Shown in pieces: positions 18,047 through 28,447 of a stretch of DNA of 45,831 nucleotides. Under the pieces are notes generated by a model that made no database searches, had not been told where the DNA came from, and saw only the letters and a list, made by a program, of their open reading frames with translations. Numbering within the stretch: the first letter of the stretch is position 1; every line of letters begins with the position of its first letter. The DNA is from Amoebidium appalachense (taxonomy: Eukaryota > Protista > Ichthyosporea), in the NCBI GenBank assembly GCA_963693365.1, contig CAVNZM010000036.1:1-45831 (forward strand). Direction: 5' to 3'. The translations under genes and the position numbers were made by a program.

Positions 18047-19636
18047 TCACATGATGGGGCACACGACGATGTCCTCCTTGTCGTCGTCTTGGGCGTACCG
18101 CTCGTTGAGGATTCGAATGGCCGCGGCGCGGGCGGGCGCAGAGGGCGAGACGTGGGCGAAGAACGTGAGGAAGTCGCGGTCCTGGTAGCTCAGGAGCGTG
18201 GCCATCGGCCCAGACTCGTACCTTGCAATCAGACCCACCATCTGGCGCCACAGGGGATACGTGTCCTTGGGCTCCGGGGTGTTATCCATGTCCTTGGAAT
18301 TAGGATCCTTGTCCAGATCGGCTATGCCGAATTTCGCAACGCCTGCGCCGTAGGCGAGGCACATCTCTAGGCGGTTCGGGGGCGGGCCGTCGCCGTGTGG
18401 CCCCTCCTCCGAGTTGTATGGGTCTTCGAAGTTGATGCCCCGCTTGTCGACAACCGTCACGTAGTCATCGGACAGGATGGCGGTCAACCTGGGCGTGTTG
18501 ATGACGTACTCGTCACGAACGGGGTCCCTGACGACCATGCTGGCCTTGTAGTCGTCGAGCTGCTCGCAGGCTTCGAAGGAGGTGTCGACACCGGGGCCTT
18601 CGAAGGAATCGTCGCTGGCGCGCACGCGCAGCCAGAGGCACGCGGTGGGGCGGGTGCTCGGGGGCTGGTTGGGGGCGTCGGGGTCGCTGGGGTCGGTCAG
18701 CTTCGCGCGCTTGGGGGGCGGAGAACGTGGCTCGTCGGGCTCGGGGCGCTTATCGGTGGCCGGGGGGCTGGGTTCCAGATCAGGCCGGCCGTTGAACATG
18801 GCGTGGACGATCGCCAACAGCGCGCCTCGGTCAAGGAGGGCGCGACCGCGGACTGCACTGGGGTCGCGCCGGCCCAGCGCAAAGACGAGGCGTAGCTTGG
18901 GCCACGCGCCAGGCAGCCACGGTTCGCGGTACGAGCGGCCGCGAATGTACCCTTCGACGACCGGCTCGATGTGCAGGTAGACCGCGTCGGCGTCCGCGAC
19001 GCCGTCGATGGCTTCGAAGGGGGTTGGGATCTCGTCGGCGTAGTCGTCCGAGAAACGCGTGATGTTGAAGTAGCGACCGTCATCGGTCTTGAAGAGGACC
19101 AGCCGGCTCAGAAGCTCGGGTCTTTCGTTGTACGAGTTTTGCCCCGGGACGCGGTAGACGACAGCGACGGCGAGGCCACCCAGCTTGAACCCTGCGGCGT
19201 CCATCTGGCGCTTGGCCTCGGCCAGGTCGAGCGCAAAGGGATCCTCGAGCGAGGGGGGTGTGAGATTCAGGTACCGCCCGACGTGCCTGGTGTGATCGTC
19301 AGGGTCCTCGTCGGAGAAGGGATCTTGCATTGATTCGTACGTGTCTTCGAGCTTCTCGTAGAACATGTGGTAAAGACTGGCTTTCAGTTGGGCGGCGGTC
19401 ATGTTGCAAAAGCCGATCGGAGAGTGCGCGTGCTCGTCGCGTAGGGTAATGCGGACTCGCATTGCCGGATCAAGAGCATCAAGGTACTTTCTCCATTTAG
19501 CAATCTCCTGCTTGTGATTGCGAATGTTGGTGGTGGCGGGTACGTCCCGGGGGGGGTCGTTAACGGCGACGAGACACTCCAAGTCGGCGCCATCGCACCT
19601 GACAAAGGAATTCTTCCACTCATCCACGAACGCCAT
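18047..19636 (-). CDS. Hypothetical protein with NLS-like PPPKRAKL
   Basis: 529 aa ORF with strong GC3 bias; upstream CATAAAA (19731), TCAGT (19700) and CCAAT boxes. Confidence 0.8.
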   Translation of the reverse strand: MAFVDEWKNSFVRCDGADLECLVAVNDPPRDVPATTNIRNHKQEIAKWRKYLDALDPAMRVRITLRDEHAHSPIGFCNMTAAQLKASLYHMFYEKLEDTYESMQDPFSDEDPDDHTRHVGRYLNLTPPSLEDPFALDLAEAKRQMDAAGFKLGGLAVAVVYRVPGQNSYNERPELLSRLVLFKTDDGRYFNITRFSDDYADEIPTPFEAIDGVADADAVYLHIEPVVEGYIRGRSYREPWLPGAWPKLRLVFALGRRDPSAVRGRALLDRGALLAIVHAMFNGRPDLEPSPPATDKRPEPDEPRSPPPKRAKLTDPSDPDAPNQPPSTRPTACLWLRVRASDDSFEGPGVDTSFEACEQLDDYKASMVVRDPVRDEYVINTPRLTAILSDDYVTVVDKRGINFEDPYNSEEGPHGDGPPPNRLEMCLAYGAGVAKFGIADLDKDPNSKDMDNTPEPKDTYPLWRQMVGLIARYESGPMATLLSYQDRDFLTFFAHVSPSAPARAAAIRILNERYAQDDDKEDIVVCPIM

Positions 19637-19850
19637 GGCACAGATAAGGAACGAAACAAATGAAAAACGACAAGCATGCTTGAATGCGCGTGTGGACTGA
19701 CATTTATTGGCGCATGAGGGCGCGTTTTATGCCATGTGATTGGCCGTTTGTTGTTATCCAATCGCATCCGCGTCATGAGCGCGGCAAACGCGTTTGATTG
19801 GATCAGCGGATAGCCAACTAATCCAGAACCACCACCCGCATGACCGAGAT

Positions 19851-20762
19851 CTACCGCGCGTGCCTCTCCAGGAAGCCCGCGGGGTACAGCTTGACCGTGC
19901 GGACGTCGCCGTTGACCACCATCTGCGTGGTCTCGGGCTCGCGGCCCGTCTCCTCGCGCCACGCGGCGGCCACGTTCCGCCCGAGCACGGTGGGGGACTT
20001 GCCCTTGATTCCGCGGTCGACCAGGAACTTGCCGACCGTGACGTAGTCTGCGAGCGCAGAGCCTTCGACCGCGGGGTGGTTGGTGCTCGGAAGAAGCATG
20101 TTGGACGCGAAGTCGTTCACCAGTTGGCGCATCCGCGGGTCGCGGTCCAGCCCCAGGCGCTCGAGCAGCGCCTCGTACTGCGCGAGGTTCTCCATGCCCA
20201 TCTTCTGGTTCTCCATCTCAAGGCGTGTGATCTCGGCGGCCTCGCGCTTGAGGCGCAGGCGGCGGTCCTGCTCGAGTTCCTCGCGGCGACGCTTGCGATC
20301 GGGGGTCTCGTCGGTGCCGTTGCGGAAGAACTCGCGCTCCTCGTGCGTGCTGTTGTCGTAGCGGGCCTCGATCTCGTCGATGAGACTGAGGTCGCCGGAC
20401 AGGAGACGGGCGATGTACTGGGCACAGGTCTTCCGGAACTCGTGCGCGCGTTTGCCGGGGAGTAGGAAGATGATCTCGAGGAGGGTGCGGAAGGGGGCAA
20501 CGGGGGTTAACATACCCTTTCCGTTGATACGGACCTTGTCAGTGCGGCTGACAAGGTCGACAATCTCTGGGTTGGTCGACTTTGACATCTGAGACCACGC
20601 TTCCCGCCCAGCACCCGACCCAATTACCAATGCGATGGTATCAAGGACACTACCGCGTCCTGGTTCAGTAGTGCAATCCACCCGGAATTCAGCGTCCTTG
20701 AACTGGGGGAACTCCTTCGAAAGAAGCGACATTTCGACTTTCTTGCTCTGTTCTCTTGCCAT
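19851..20762 (-). CDS. KilA-N/Bro-like DNA-binding protein (paralog 3)
   Basis: Colinear with 7917..8831; shares FFRNGTDETPDRKRRREELE and DYVTVGKFLVD. Confidence 0.7.
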   Translation of the reverse strand: MAREQSKKVEMSLLSKEFPQFKDAEFRVDCTTEPGRGSVLDTIALVIGSGAGREAWSQMSKSTNPEIVDLVSRTDKVRINGKGMLTPVAPFRTLLEIIFLLPGKRAHEFRKTCAQYIARLLSGDLSLIDEIEARYDNSTHEEREFFRNGTDETPDRKRRREELEQDRRLRLKREAAEITRLEMENQKMGMENLAQYEALLERLGLDRDPRMRQLVNDFASNMLLPSTNHPAVEGSALADYVTVGKFLVDRGIKGKSPTVLGRNVAAAWREETGREPETTQMVVNGDVRTVKLYPAGFLERHAR

Positions 20763-20810
20763 TGTGTGTGCACACTGACGGTATTTGCCTGTGCGTCGCT
20801 CCTTTATACC

Positions 20811-20880
20811 CTACAGTCGGCACGCTGGTAGTCGAAGTACCGCACGCTGTCGCGCAGCGTGCACACGTGTCTGACGCCGA
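20811..20880 (-). pseudogene. Decayed duplicate of the aspartyl protease 3' end
   Basis: Translates GVRHVCTLRDSVRYFDYQRADC* versus GVSHMRTLRDSVRYVVDYQVCRR* at 21277-21350. Confidence 0.7.
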
Positions 20881-21276
20881 TTCGATCACAATGATCGATT
20901 GCTCGAGGAAACGCCTACCGCGCATTCGGTCATGTTGACCGATTGGTCGACCGACGTTGTTGCTGTTACATGGATGGCTATTTTTGCTTTCGTGCTCAAT
21001 CACCTGGCCGAGAGGGAGAACAGCTTTCGCAGCGACACTGTGTTCTCCAAAAGAATGGGGAACACGTTGACGGTGTGGTGGTATTCTCTTTGAAATGGGA
21101 GGAGACTTGCGCTGCACACAGCCTGTTCTCTATGGACCGGAGAAGGAGAGGGTGTGTACCCACGAGGTTTTCTCTTGTGAAACGGAGGAATCCGTTCGTA
21201 GCCGTTGGTTCAAGGGGATCGGGAGAATGGGTCGGGTGTCATGAGCGCTTGCGCCCTGTATTCAATGGTTTGCGCC

Positions 21277-21861
21277 CTACCTCCGACACACCTGGTAGTC
21301 AACCACGTAGCGAACACTGTCCCTCAGCGTGCGCATATGACTAACCCCGAACAGCCGCCCGTGCTTGTTGACCTTGCGGTCCAGGCACACCTCGAGCGCG
21401 CCCTTGCACGCGCGGTACTCGCCGTCGGGGCACAGGATCTCGAGCGTCACCGTGAGCCGCAGGCTCTTGTGGATGTTGCCGTTGGAGTCGATCGTGTTGG
21501 ACTCGGTGTGCGGGACCAGCGGCTTGCGGCCGTCCATCAGGCCCCACGCGTTGGCCACCTCCAGGTCCACGTAGCTGTTCTCGGACCCGGCGTCGTACAC
21601 GAGCTTGAACGTCTTGGCCTGGCCCTGCACGCGCACCGTCACGGTGTGCGTCTTGCTGCACTCGGGCACCAGGAACACCGGCACCTTGCCGTGGCGCGTC
21701 GTCGTGCGCCGCAAGCCCGCGGCCGCGGCCGGGCCCGGGTGCGAGGCCGAGCGCCGCGTGCACGCGCAGCCAAAGTGCGCGTTCGAGCCCGTGCGGCGGC
21801 GGCGGCGGCGGCGGCGCAGCGTGCTGGTGGCGCGGCGCTTCTGTCGTTTGATGTGGCGCAT
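21277..21861 (-). CDS. Retropepsin-like aspartyl protease with Arg-rich N-terminus
   Basis: FKLVYDAGSENSYVDLEVANAWGL resembles the D[TS]GA motif region; LFGVSHM at the ILGxD position; poly-Arg N-terminus. Confidence 0.6.
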   Translation of the reverse strand: MRHIKRQKRRATSTLRRRRRRRRTGSNAHFGCACTRRSASHPGPAAAAGLRRTTTRHGKVPVFLVPECSKTHTVTVRVQGQAKTFKLVYDAGSENSYVDLEVANAWGLMDGRKPLVPHTESNTIDSNGNIHKSLRLTVTLEILCPDGEYRACKGALEVCLDRKVNKHGRLFGVSHMRTLRDSVRYVVDYQVCRR

Positions 21862-21928
21862 GTTACCTACAACGCCCACAATGTACGCGGTGCGCGGCAC
21901 AAACGCGGTTATTTGTCTAGATCGGGGC

Positions 21929-22187
21929 CTACACCTTCTTGAGCTTGGACCAGCAGCGCTTGCGGCAGCACTTGCGCTTGCTCTTCCTGCTGCCCGGCAC
22001 GAGCCCGCGGCAGTTGCCCTGGTAGCGGCACATGATGTACTTGAGGTTGTAGTCGGCGACCTGCTTGAGCCACGCGGGGTCGGCCGAGGGGTACGACTTG
22101 TACAGGTCGCCGCCGATGAGCGCCTTGACGTGCGAGTCCGTGATGCCCGTGCTTTCCTTCAACATTTGCAGGTGCCCGCAAAAACAT
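21929..22187 (-). CDS. Small basic Cys-rich protein (probable +1 frameshift in the A5 run near the start)
   Basis: 78 aa ORF 21929..22165; removing one base at 22180-22184 extends it to ATG 22187 (MFCGHLQMLKE). Confidence 0.6.
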
Positions 22188-22249
22188 GGTGCACGCGGCG
22201 CCGCGGGGCTTTCTTTTGCAGATCCGCGAGAAAATGTGAGCCGTGGGGT

Positions 22250-22525
22250 ATGGATGACATGGCGAAGCTCGGCGACCCGGGCGAGGTCAAGCGCAGGGAG
22301 CTGGAGGCGCTGGAGAGGCAGATGGAGCTCGAGGCGGGGACGCCGGCGATGGTGGTGGACCCCGACTACATGCTCGACGGGTTTTCCTTCTCCCCCGCTT
22401 TAAAAGAGTACATGCGAACAAATTTGGACGGGGAGCCCTATTTACATTTCATGGTGCTCGGGTCCTATCTGTACCACGCCATACCCGCGGAGCTGAACGC
22501 CTATCGACCAAATAAAAGATATTGA
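22250..22525 (+). CDS. Small hypothetical protein
   Basis: ATG 22250 is preceded by AAATGTGAGC-N8; coding-like composition. Confidence 0.6.
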   Translation: MDDMAKLGDPGEVKRRELEALERQMELEAGTPAMVVDPDYMLDGFSFSPALKEYMRTNLDGEPYLHFMVLGSYLYHAIPAELNAYRPNKRY

Positions 22526-22542
22526 GCTATCTCGGTTAGGTT

Positions 22543-24699
22543 ATGTTGGCTACTGTTAGAGGCACAGCGATGACGAGCAGAACAACGATAAAGAACTTGA
22601 ACGAAATGAAACAAGGCGGGGCCAATCGCACTCCCGTGACCGGCAACGAGTTCACGACGGTCATCTTCTCCAGTGGCAGCGCGGCTTCAGATACACTCAA
22701 TCGGTGCTTGCCACAGCCTTTGTTGGCTCGCAAGGCGACTGTGGAGACAACCACCATTCACGCGCTCAACCAATTTGGTCCGGGTTCCTGTATGGGGCGC
22801 GTGCGAATTCACGACGGGCGGAACGACTGTTCGCATGACTTTAATCTCAACATCACCGGCCCTTTGCACCACGATAACGCGAGGGCGATTGCAAGGGCAT
22901 TGAGTGCACATCACCAACCCCCCACACCCAACTTTCCGTTCCAGCCCGCCTTTTTCGAGTTTGGAGAGCCGCGGTACATGGGGTCTTCTCCTTGTTTGGA
23001 GACTAGACATTCGTGCAAATCCATCAGTGAAATGGTGCAGATCGTCCACGAACTCTTTTCGGAGGCCAAGCCCCTGGAATTGATCTTTATCACCAGGGAC
23101 CCTTCCTGTAGCAATGGCATAATCAGACGCGTCTACAATTTCCTCGACTTCAGCGCGGATTGGTATCGAACCCCGGAGGAGATAGCACAGTTAATGCCAG
23201 AGGTCGAGGCGGCGAGGGCCAACGACTACAACAGCTGGCCCGCCTTTCACGTCGAATCCATGCGACCCCCGCTGATGACGACGGCTCGTTATGAAAACCC
23301 CTCGCTGAACACCAAAATTCACCACCGCCAAACTTTGGTCTACGATACGACAAACCTCTTCCCCCAGCGAGTGGACTACTTCCTGGCACCCATGATTGTC
23401 GCGCAGGACCAATATACGCCTGGATCCGCGCCGTTCTGTCCGTCGGATGATAAGATTCGCCCGACCCTGGTGGATGACAACCGCGCAAAGGGGTGGGTCT
23501 GTTTTACCTATTATGCAACGGAATATCCGCTCGGTGTCGACGTTCTCATGGATACGATAAAACCACAGTTCAACATGAAAACAGAGTACCCCGATCCGAT
23601 ACCGTTTGTTGAAAGAGGCGAGATGCCCCTGCGTTTACGGATGAAGATTTGGGAGTTTCTGCCCGAGTTTCGCAACTTAAACTTGGTCAAGTTTTTTCTC
23701 CTGATCCACCGACCCGAGCGCACTTACGCGGATCAGGATGGTATTCCATTCCAGTTTAAAGAGTGTGTGTTTAGATTGTACTGGGTCGTAGCCCCCTTCA
23801 CGGATCTCAAAATACCATTTACCGAGATGCCGAAATACCTGAAGCCCGGAAATGTCCCACCGGTAGCAGTGTTTGAGCTCGACTGGTTGGGGTTTGAGGA
23901 TCTGTCGATTCCCCGTCTGCGTTACTCCCTGAAGGTGGCACCGATGTTCACGGGCCATACACGCGCCAGCCTTGCCCAGAAGATCAAGACACTGGCCCCC
24001 GACCCCCGGACACCCACGTACACGTGGCCACTCGAGGTTTTTCTGCTGGCCGTCCTGTACGTATCAACAAACCCCGGCATGGTGGATGTGGGGTCGACGG
24101 AAGAATGTATGGCCCTTTGTGAAGGGATCATGTTGGACCCCGACCTGTACGCAGACTCATGCCCTGACCGCGTACTTCTTTGCTCGTCGCCCCCTGGGCT
24201 CTCACCGGTATCGCACCGCTACCTTGTGAATTGGAACCCCGCGTCCTACGCCATCCGCCCGTTCTCGATATCCGGCCCGGCCTCGCGGTCCATCGGCGTG
24301 GGCTCGAACACGCGCAGCAAGAACCTGTTCGGCCCCGCGGGGCTCGTGGGGCTGCTCAACCCCGCCGACCCCATCTTCCGCGACTACGCGCAGTTCATCA
24401 TCACCGACCTGTTCCCGCCGTCGCACGTGTACGTGCACATGACGCTCGACGACCAGGCCGTCGCGGGGCCCGTGGCCGCCGGCGTCGCCACGTCGGCGAA
24501 CATGGCGCTCGCGGCCATCCCGCTCGCGGCCGCGCTCGACAACGTCTACGAGCCCCGCGTGCCCAAGTACTCCCGCCTGCAGGCGCGGCCGTTCACGACC
24601 GTCAAGCTCGCGTTCCGCGACGAGCAGGGCGCGCCCCTGCACGGGCGCTACACGGTGGTTGTCAGGTTCGACCATGCGGAGACAGCTGGCCCGTCCTGA
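22543..24699 (+). CDS. Large putative penton/minor-capsid-like protein with large insertion
   Basis: 718 aa. C-terminal DLFPPSHVYVHM...LAAIPL...VKLAFRDEQGAPLHGRYTVVVRF fits a penton-type terminus and resembles 1424..2782. Confidence 0.45.
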   Translation: MLATVRGTAMTSRTTIKNLNEMKQGGANRTPVTGNEFTTVIFSSGSAASDTLNRCLPQPLLARKATVETTTIHALNQFGPGSCMGRVRIHDGRNDCSHDFNLNITGPLHHDNARAIARALSAHHQPPTPNFPFQPAFFEFGEPRYMGSSPCLETRHSCKSISEMVQIVHELFSEAKPLELIFITRDPSCSNGIIRRVYNFLDFSADWYRTPEEIAQLMPEVEAARANDYNSWPAFHVESMRPPLMTTARYENPSLNTKIHHRQTLVYDTTNLFPQRVDYFLAPMIVAQDQYTPGSAPFCPSDDKIRPTLVDDNRAKGWVCFTYYATEYPLGVDVLMDTIKPQFNMKTEYPDPIPFVERGEMPLRLRMKIWEFLPEFRNLNLVKFFLLIHRPERTYADQDGIPFQFKECVFRLYWVVAPFTDLKIPFTEMPKYLKPGNVPPVAVFELDWLGFEDLSIPRLRYSLKVAPMFTGHTRASLAQKIKTLAPDPRTPTYTWPLEVFLLAVLYVSTNPGMVDVGSTEECMALCEGIMLDPDLYADSCPDRVLLCSSPPGLSPVSHRYLVNWNPASYAIRPFSISGPASRSIGVGSNTRSKNLFGPAGLVGLLNPADPIFRDYAQFIITDLFPPSHVYVHMTLDDQAVAGPVAAGVATSANMALAAIPLAAALDNVYEPRVPKYSRLQARPFTTVKLAFRDEQGAPLHGRYTVVVRFDHAETAGPS

Positions 24700-24700
24700 C

Positions 24701-24982
24701 CATTGGCCGATTGGATATCGTGGTTTGTGTGTAACTTTTCCGATTGGCTGATAGTGTTAAACCTTGTGATGAACAACGTCATTGCCGTCACGTGATCTGT
24801 GTGTTATCGCGACCTTAACGATTTGACATTCCACTTAATCGGCGCCTTTTAATTGGCGGGCTTCTGTGATTGGTAGCGCAAGTCTGGCCGTTCCGATTGA
24901 TTGGCCGGTTGTCATATTAGCTGATAGCCACCGCTGTGTTTTGCCCCATAAAACAGCCATGCGGCTTGCAAACGATTCACAA
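24701..24982 (+). promoter_or_regulatory. Dense ATTGG cluster + CATAAAA + TCAC initiator
   Basis: At least six ATTGG boxes at 24701-24905; CATAAAA at 24947; Inr A at 24979. Confidence 0.6.
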
Positions 24983-25004
24983 CAGACCCCGCCTTATTCC
25001 CAAT

Positions 25005-26564
25005 ATGGAGTCACGAAACCAGTTCAACCTCCCCCGCACCCTGAAGGGTACGGAGTCTGCAATTACTGATTGCGTGCACAAGCAGTTGACCGAGGCCTAC
25101 AAGACAATACACGCGGAGCTTGTGGGGAGAAGCGATCGCCTAAGAGAGCTCGAAAAGGAAGTTGGGCATCTCCAGAGTAAACTGGCCCAAGAGTCTCAGC
25201 GCGCGCGGTGCCTGCAGGCACAGCTAAATACTGCACAACAGTCGGCCGCTGCCGAGCGGCAGCAGCACCTGCGGGAAACCGAAAAGCTTCGTCGCACCAT
25301 CGAGGAGTTCAAAGCACAACACAGCGACTGCGACGAGGTGTTAGCCAAGGCATCTTCTGACGAGCTGTTGGTCCGTCTGACGTCAAAGGAGCTCACGAAG
25401 GCACGTGAGTTGCTCCTGCAGAATGGCATAGACATGGATGCGCCGGACAGTAGGCTATCGACGGATTCCTCTTTGGAGCTTAGTGGAAAACGCCCGACCC
25501 CACCCGACACTCCGGAAACGCCGTCTATTGTAGACCCGCCTGCAAAACGCATCCGCGTTCAAGGCCTCGGCGTGGGTCGTCGTTCTCCGCAGCCGTACGG
25601 CGGCCCGGTCCCCTCGTCGACGGGGGATTCCAAGGTCACCCAGGCCACGTGGCAGCCGCCGCTTGAGCCCCAGTCGCCTGCGCGCACCGAGGACGACACT
25701 GAAGACACCGAGGACCAGAGATCTACCACACAGTCACCCATTCGCGACACTCGGGGTGTGGCCCGCAAATCCAAGAATGATATCGCGCACAAGTTTCTAA
25801 CGAATATTCCCTTCTGGAAGCTGTACGGCCCCGACTTCGGTTCGTTCGTTACCACGAGCCACAGCTACTTCAACCGAGGCACTCCCCTCGGCAAGATCTT
25901 CGAGAACTGCCGCGGGCATCGCAACGCCCCGGGCTGCTACCAGTACGCGTCGCGCGTTTTCGTGCTCGTAGGTTCCTATCTGCTGGCCACAGCCGACAAG
26001 ACCACCCTCGACGACGTCTTTTTGAGGAAAGACAGAAAGGAGGTTCTCCATTGTCTGCGCACGTACGACCCACCGTCCCCTCTCGTGGAGTTTCTTAACA
26101 GGACCCACCGCAAGCAGATACTCAGCCAGGGGAAGTGGCAGGAGGACGCGTTGAACGACAGGAGCGACGTTGTCCAGCGGGTAGACATATCGGAAAAATA
26201 CTTCAGGAATGGGATTGCACGCGCCATGACCGATTGCCTCTTAGTTCGGCCTCGGCTGAAGGGCACGGATCAAGAGTACGAGATCAAGGTGTCGCTTCGC
26301 ATCGTCGAGGCTCTCCGGCTCGTCGAGTACGTGCTCAACAACACCGCGGACACTTTTCGCAAAGGAACCTACAAGGTGGAGAATTGCATCACACCCGCGA
26401 GAAACGCGTCCGGCTTGTCGGTCTTCTATCGACCGATGAAAGAGGACAACGGCCCGGATCCGAGCTATGAAGTCGTCGAACACATAGACGTTGCTTCCAT
26501 TGTGGGGGGTGAGATTCATCTCGATATACCAGACGAGGAGACGCGGGCGAAAGCCCTAGACTGA
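25005..26564 (+). CDS. Coiled-coil protein with disordered middle and NLS-like PPAKRIR
   Basis: Long ORF; ATG 25005 is the first in-frame start downstream of the Inr. Confidence 0.8.
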   Translation: MESRNQFNLPRTLKGTESAITDCVHKQLTEAYKTIHAELVGRSDRLRELEKEVGHLQSKLAQESQRARCLQAQLNTAQQSAAAERQQHLRETEKLRRTIEEFKAQHSDCDEVLAKASSDELLVRLTSKELTKARELLLQNGIDMDAPDSRLSTDSSLELSGKRPTPPDTPETPSIVDPPAKRIRVQGLGVGRRSPQPYGGPVPSSTGDSKVTQATWQPPLEPQSPARTEDDTEDTEDQRSTTQSPIRDTRGVARKSKNDIAHKFLTNIPFWKLYGPDFGSFVTTSHSYFNRGTPLGKIFENCRGHRNAPGCYQYASRVFVLVGSYLLATADKTTLDDVFLRKDRKEVLHCLRTYDPPSPLVEFLNRTHRKQILSQGKWQEDALNDRSDVVQRVDISEKYFRNGIARAMTDCLLVRPRLKGTDQEYEIKVSLRIVEALRLVEYVLNNTADTFRKGTYKVENCITPARNASGLSVFYRPMKEDNGPDPSYEVVEHIDVASIVGGEIHLDIPDEETRAKALD

Positions 26565-26830
26565 GCCGCGACACTTGTAGCAACGTGGGGTGGTGCGAAT
26601 GTAGAATCGTATCTTGTATGATATGGTGTAGCAAGCATGGGTTGGGGGCTAAGTGGACGACTGCTGCAATGACATTTGCTAAGCTTCCATTTCTTGGTCA
26701 TATATAGATTGTCCGTTTGACAGTTGTTGGTTCTTTTGTCTAGAGCCGTGGTCACAGACCGCAACAACAATAAACAAGTGTCAAGTTTCACACAAGGCAC
26801 AGGTGTCGTTATCCAAAACTGCCAATCTTG

Positions 26831-26937
26831 GGCCAAGGTTCTTGTAACCTTGCATGACCATGCCACTAGCCAAGCTCCATTCATGACCCGTGGTCATGTT
26901 GGCAAGATTGGGAAAGGATGGCAGGTTAGACTATCTG
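26831..26937. repeat. Dispersed ~110-bp non-coding repeat, copy 2
   Basis: First 41 bp are identical to 6063-6103. Confidence 0.9.
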
Positions 26938-26957
26938 TGTGTCGCTTTATTTGTTCG

Positions 26958-28447
26958 TCACTCCACGGCAGCAAAAAGCAGCAACAACGCCACCACGACC
27001 ACGACACCCCAAAACGCCCAAGGATTGGCCCGTGCCCATGCCGCAAGGTCGCTTCGGGCGTCTTTCGGGGGGGCGGAGGTCTGGACGGTCCCACCCGCGC
27101 CCGTGCCAGCCACCGCACTTCCGCCCGCGCCCCCGCCCGCGGCTCCGGGTGACGTCACCCCGGGCACGGTGGAGTTGGAGCCTGGGACGGGCAGCGGGGT
27201 GACGGTGGCTGCCCCGGACGGGTTGGAGTCGCTGGTCTTGATCGCGGTCTTGCCGGCCTCGTCCTTTCCGATCTGCATCAGACACTGCTGGACCTGCGTG
27301 GCCGCGATGCGCGAGTCAGAGTTGTCGGATACCTCCATTGCCTGGTTGCACACCTGCACGTTGAGGTTGGTGCACGTCTCGCTCTCCATCTCGCCGGTCT
27401 TGTACCCGCTGATCTTGCACAAGGAGTTGTGGCATTGGACCGTCCATCCGTACTTCTTGAGCGTTTCTATATCCACACCGGCCGGCATGGGCCAAAAGCA
27501 CGCGCATGTCTTGTCGTCCAGCGCGGACTCCTTCTTGCAGAAAAACTGCGCGTACGCGTTCACGGCGTTCTCCTGGGTCTGTCCGTACCTGTAACCCTTA
27601 CCGAACTTCTCCTGGTCGTGGATGTCCATGTCCTTCTCGTCCTTGTTGCGCGAGAAGTTGAGGATGTCGCGCAACCGGATCGGCCGCACCGTGTCCCATT
27701 CCTGCGGGCGCTTGTAGTCGAACATGAACAGCAGGTACCGGTTATGCAGCCGCAGCAGGTCGATGTAGCGCAGGTGGTGGTCGTTGCCGGACGACACGCT
27801 TCCCTTGTATACGACCCGCCCCCCCGCTGCTCCAGCGTCACCAGGTGGCGGTGCGGCGCACGGATCCAATAGTCAGCCGACCAATACTTCTGGTAGTCCG
27901 CCCACTGGCGGTCCATCTTCTCGTTCGCCCAGCCCGGTGCGCACAGCTTGCTGCCCGGGTTGTACGTTGTAAAAGCGGGCTGGTTGCTGACGGCCACGTA
28001 GTCGCTTGGACAGTTGAGCACCTTAAGCCGCGAACCGCCTTGGCGCGACTTCTGCGCGCATCCCACGGCCTGTGCGTCCTCCTGTAGGTCGCCGTTGGAC
28101 GGTACGTAGCAGAAGCGCGGGTCGTCGTAGATCAGGCACACCAGGTCGTCGTCCCGTACCGGGAATCCAGGCTCCCCGTGTGCCCGCATGCAGTCACCAG
28201 GGTACTCCGCAAGCGAGCACGATGCCCAGGCAATAAAGGACACAGGCTTGTATTTGGGAAACGACGGATGGGGCAGCGGGAACTGCACACGAAGCCCTGG
28301 CATCTGCTTGGAGTGGTGGGCCCCCTGGTTCTCGAACTGCCACTCCCACTGGTGTCTCTTGTACTCGGCCCATTGTACGAACTTCCAGGGGTAGTCCGGG
28401 TTCTCCTGCAGCCGCTCGATGTCGTCCTTGGTCCACTCGATACTCAT
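26958..28447 (-). CDS. Poxvirus A16/G9/J5-like entry-fusion membrane protein with N-terminal extension; frameshift at a C7 run
   Basis: Joining ORFs 27560..28447 and 26958..27869 near 27820 gives one protein with FC...DKTCAC...QCHNSLC...GYK...C...VCNQ...QQC and a C-terminal TM helix. Confidence 0.6.
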
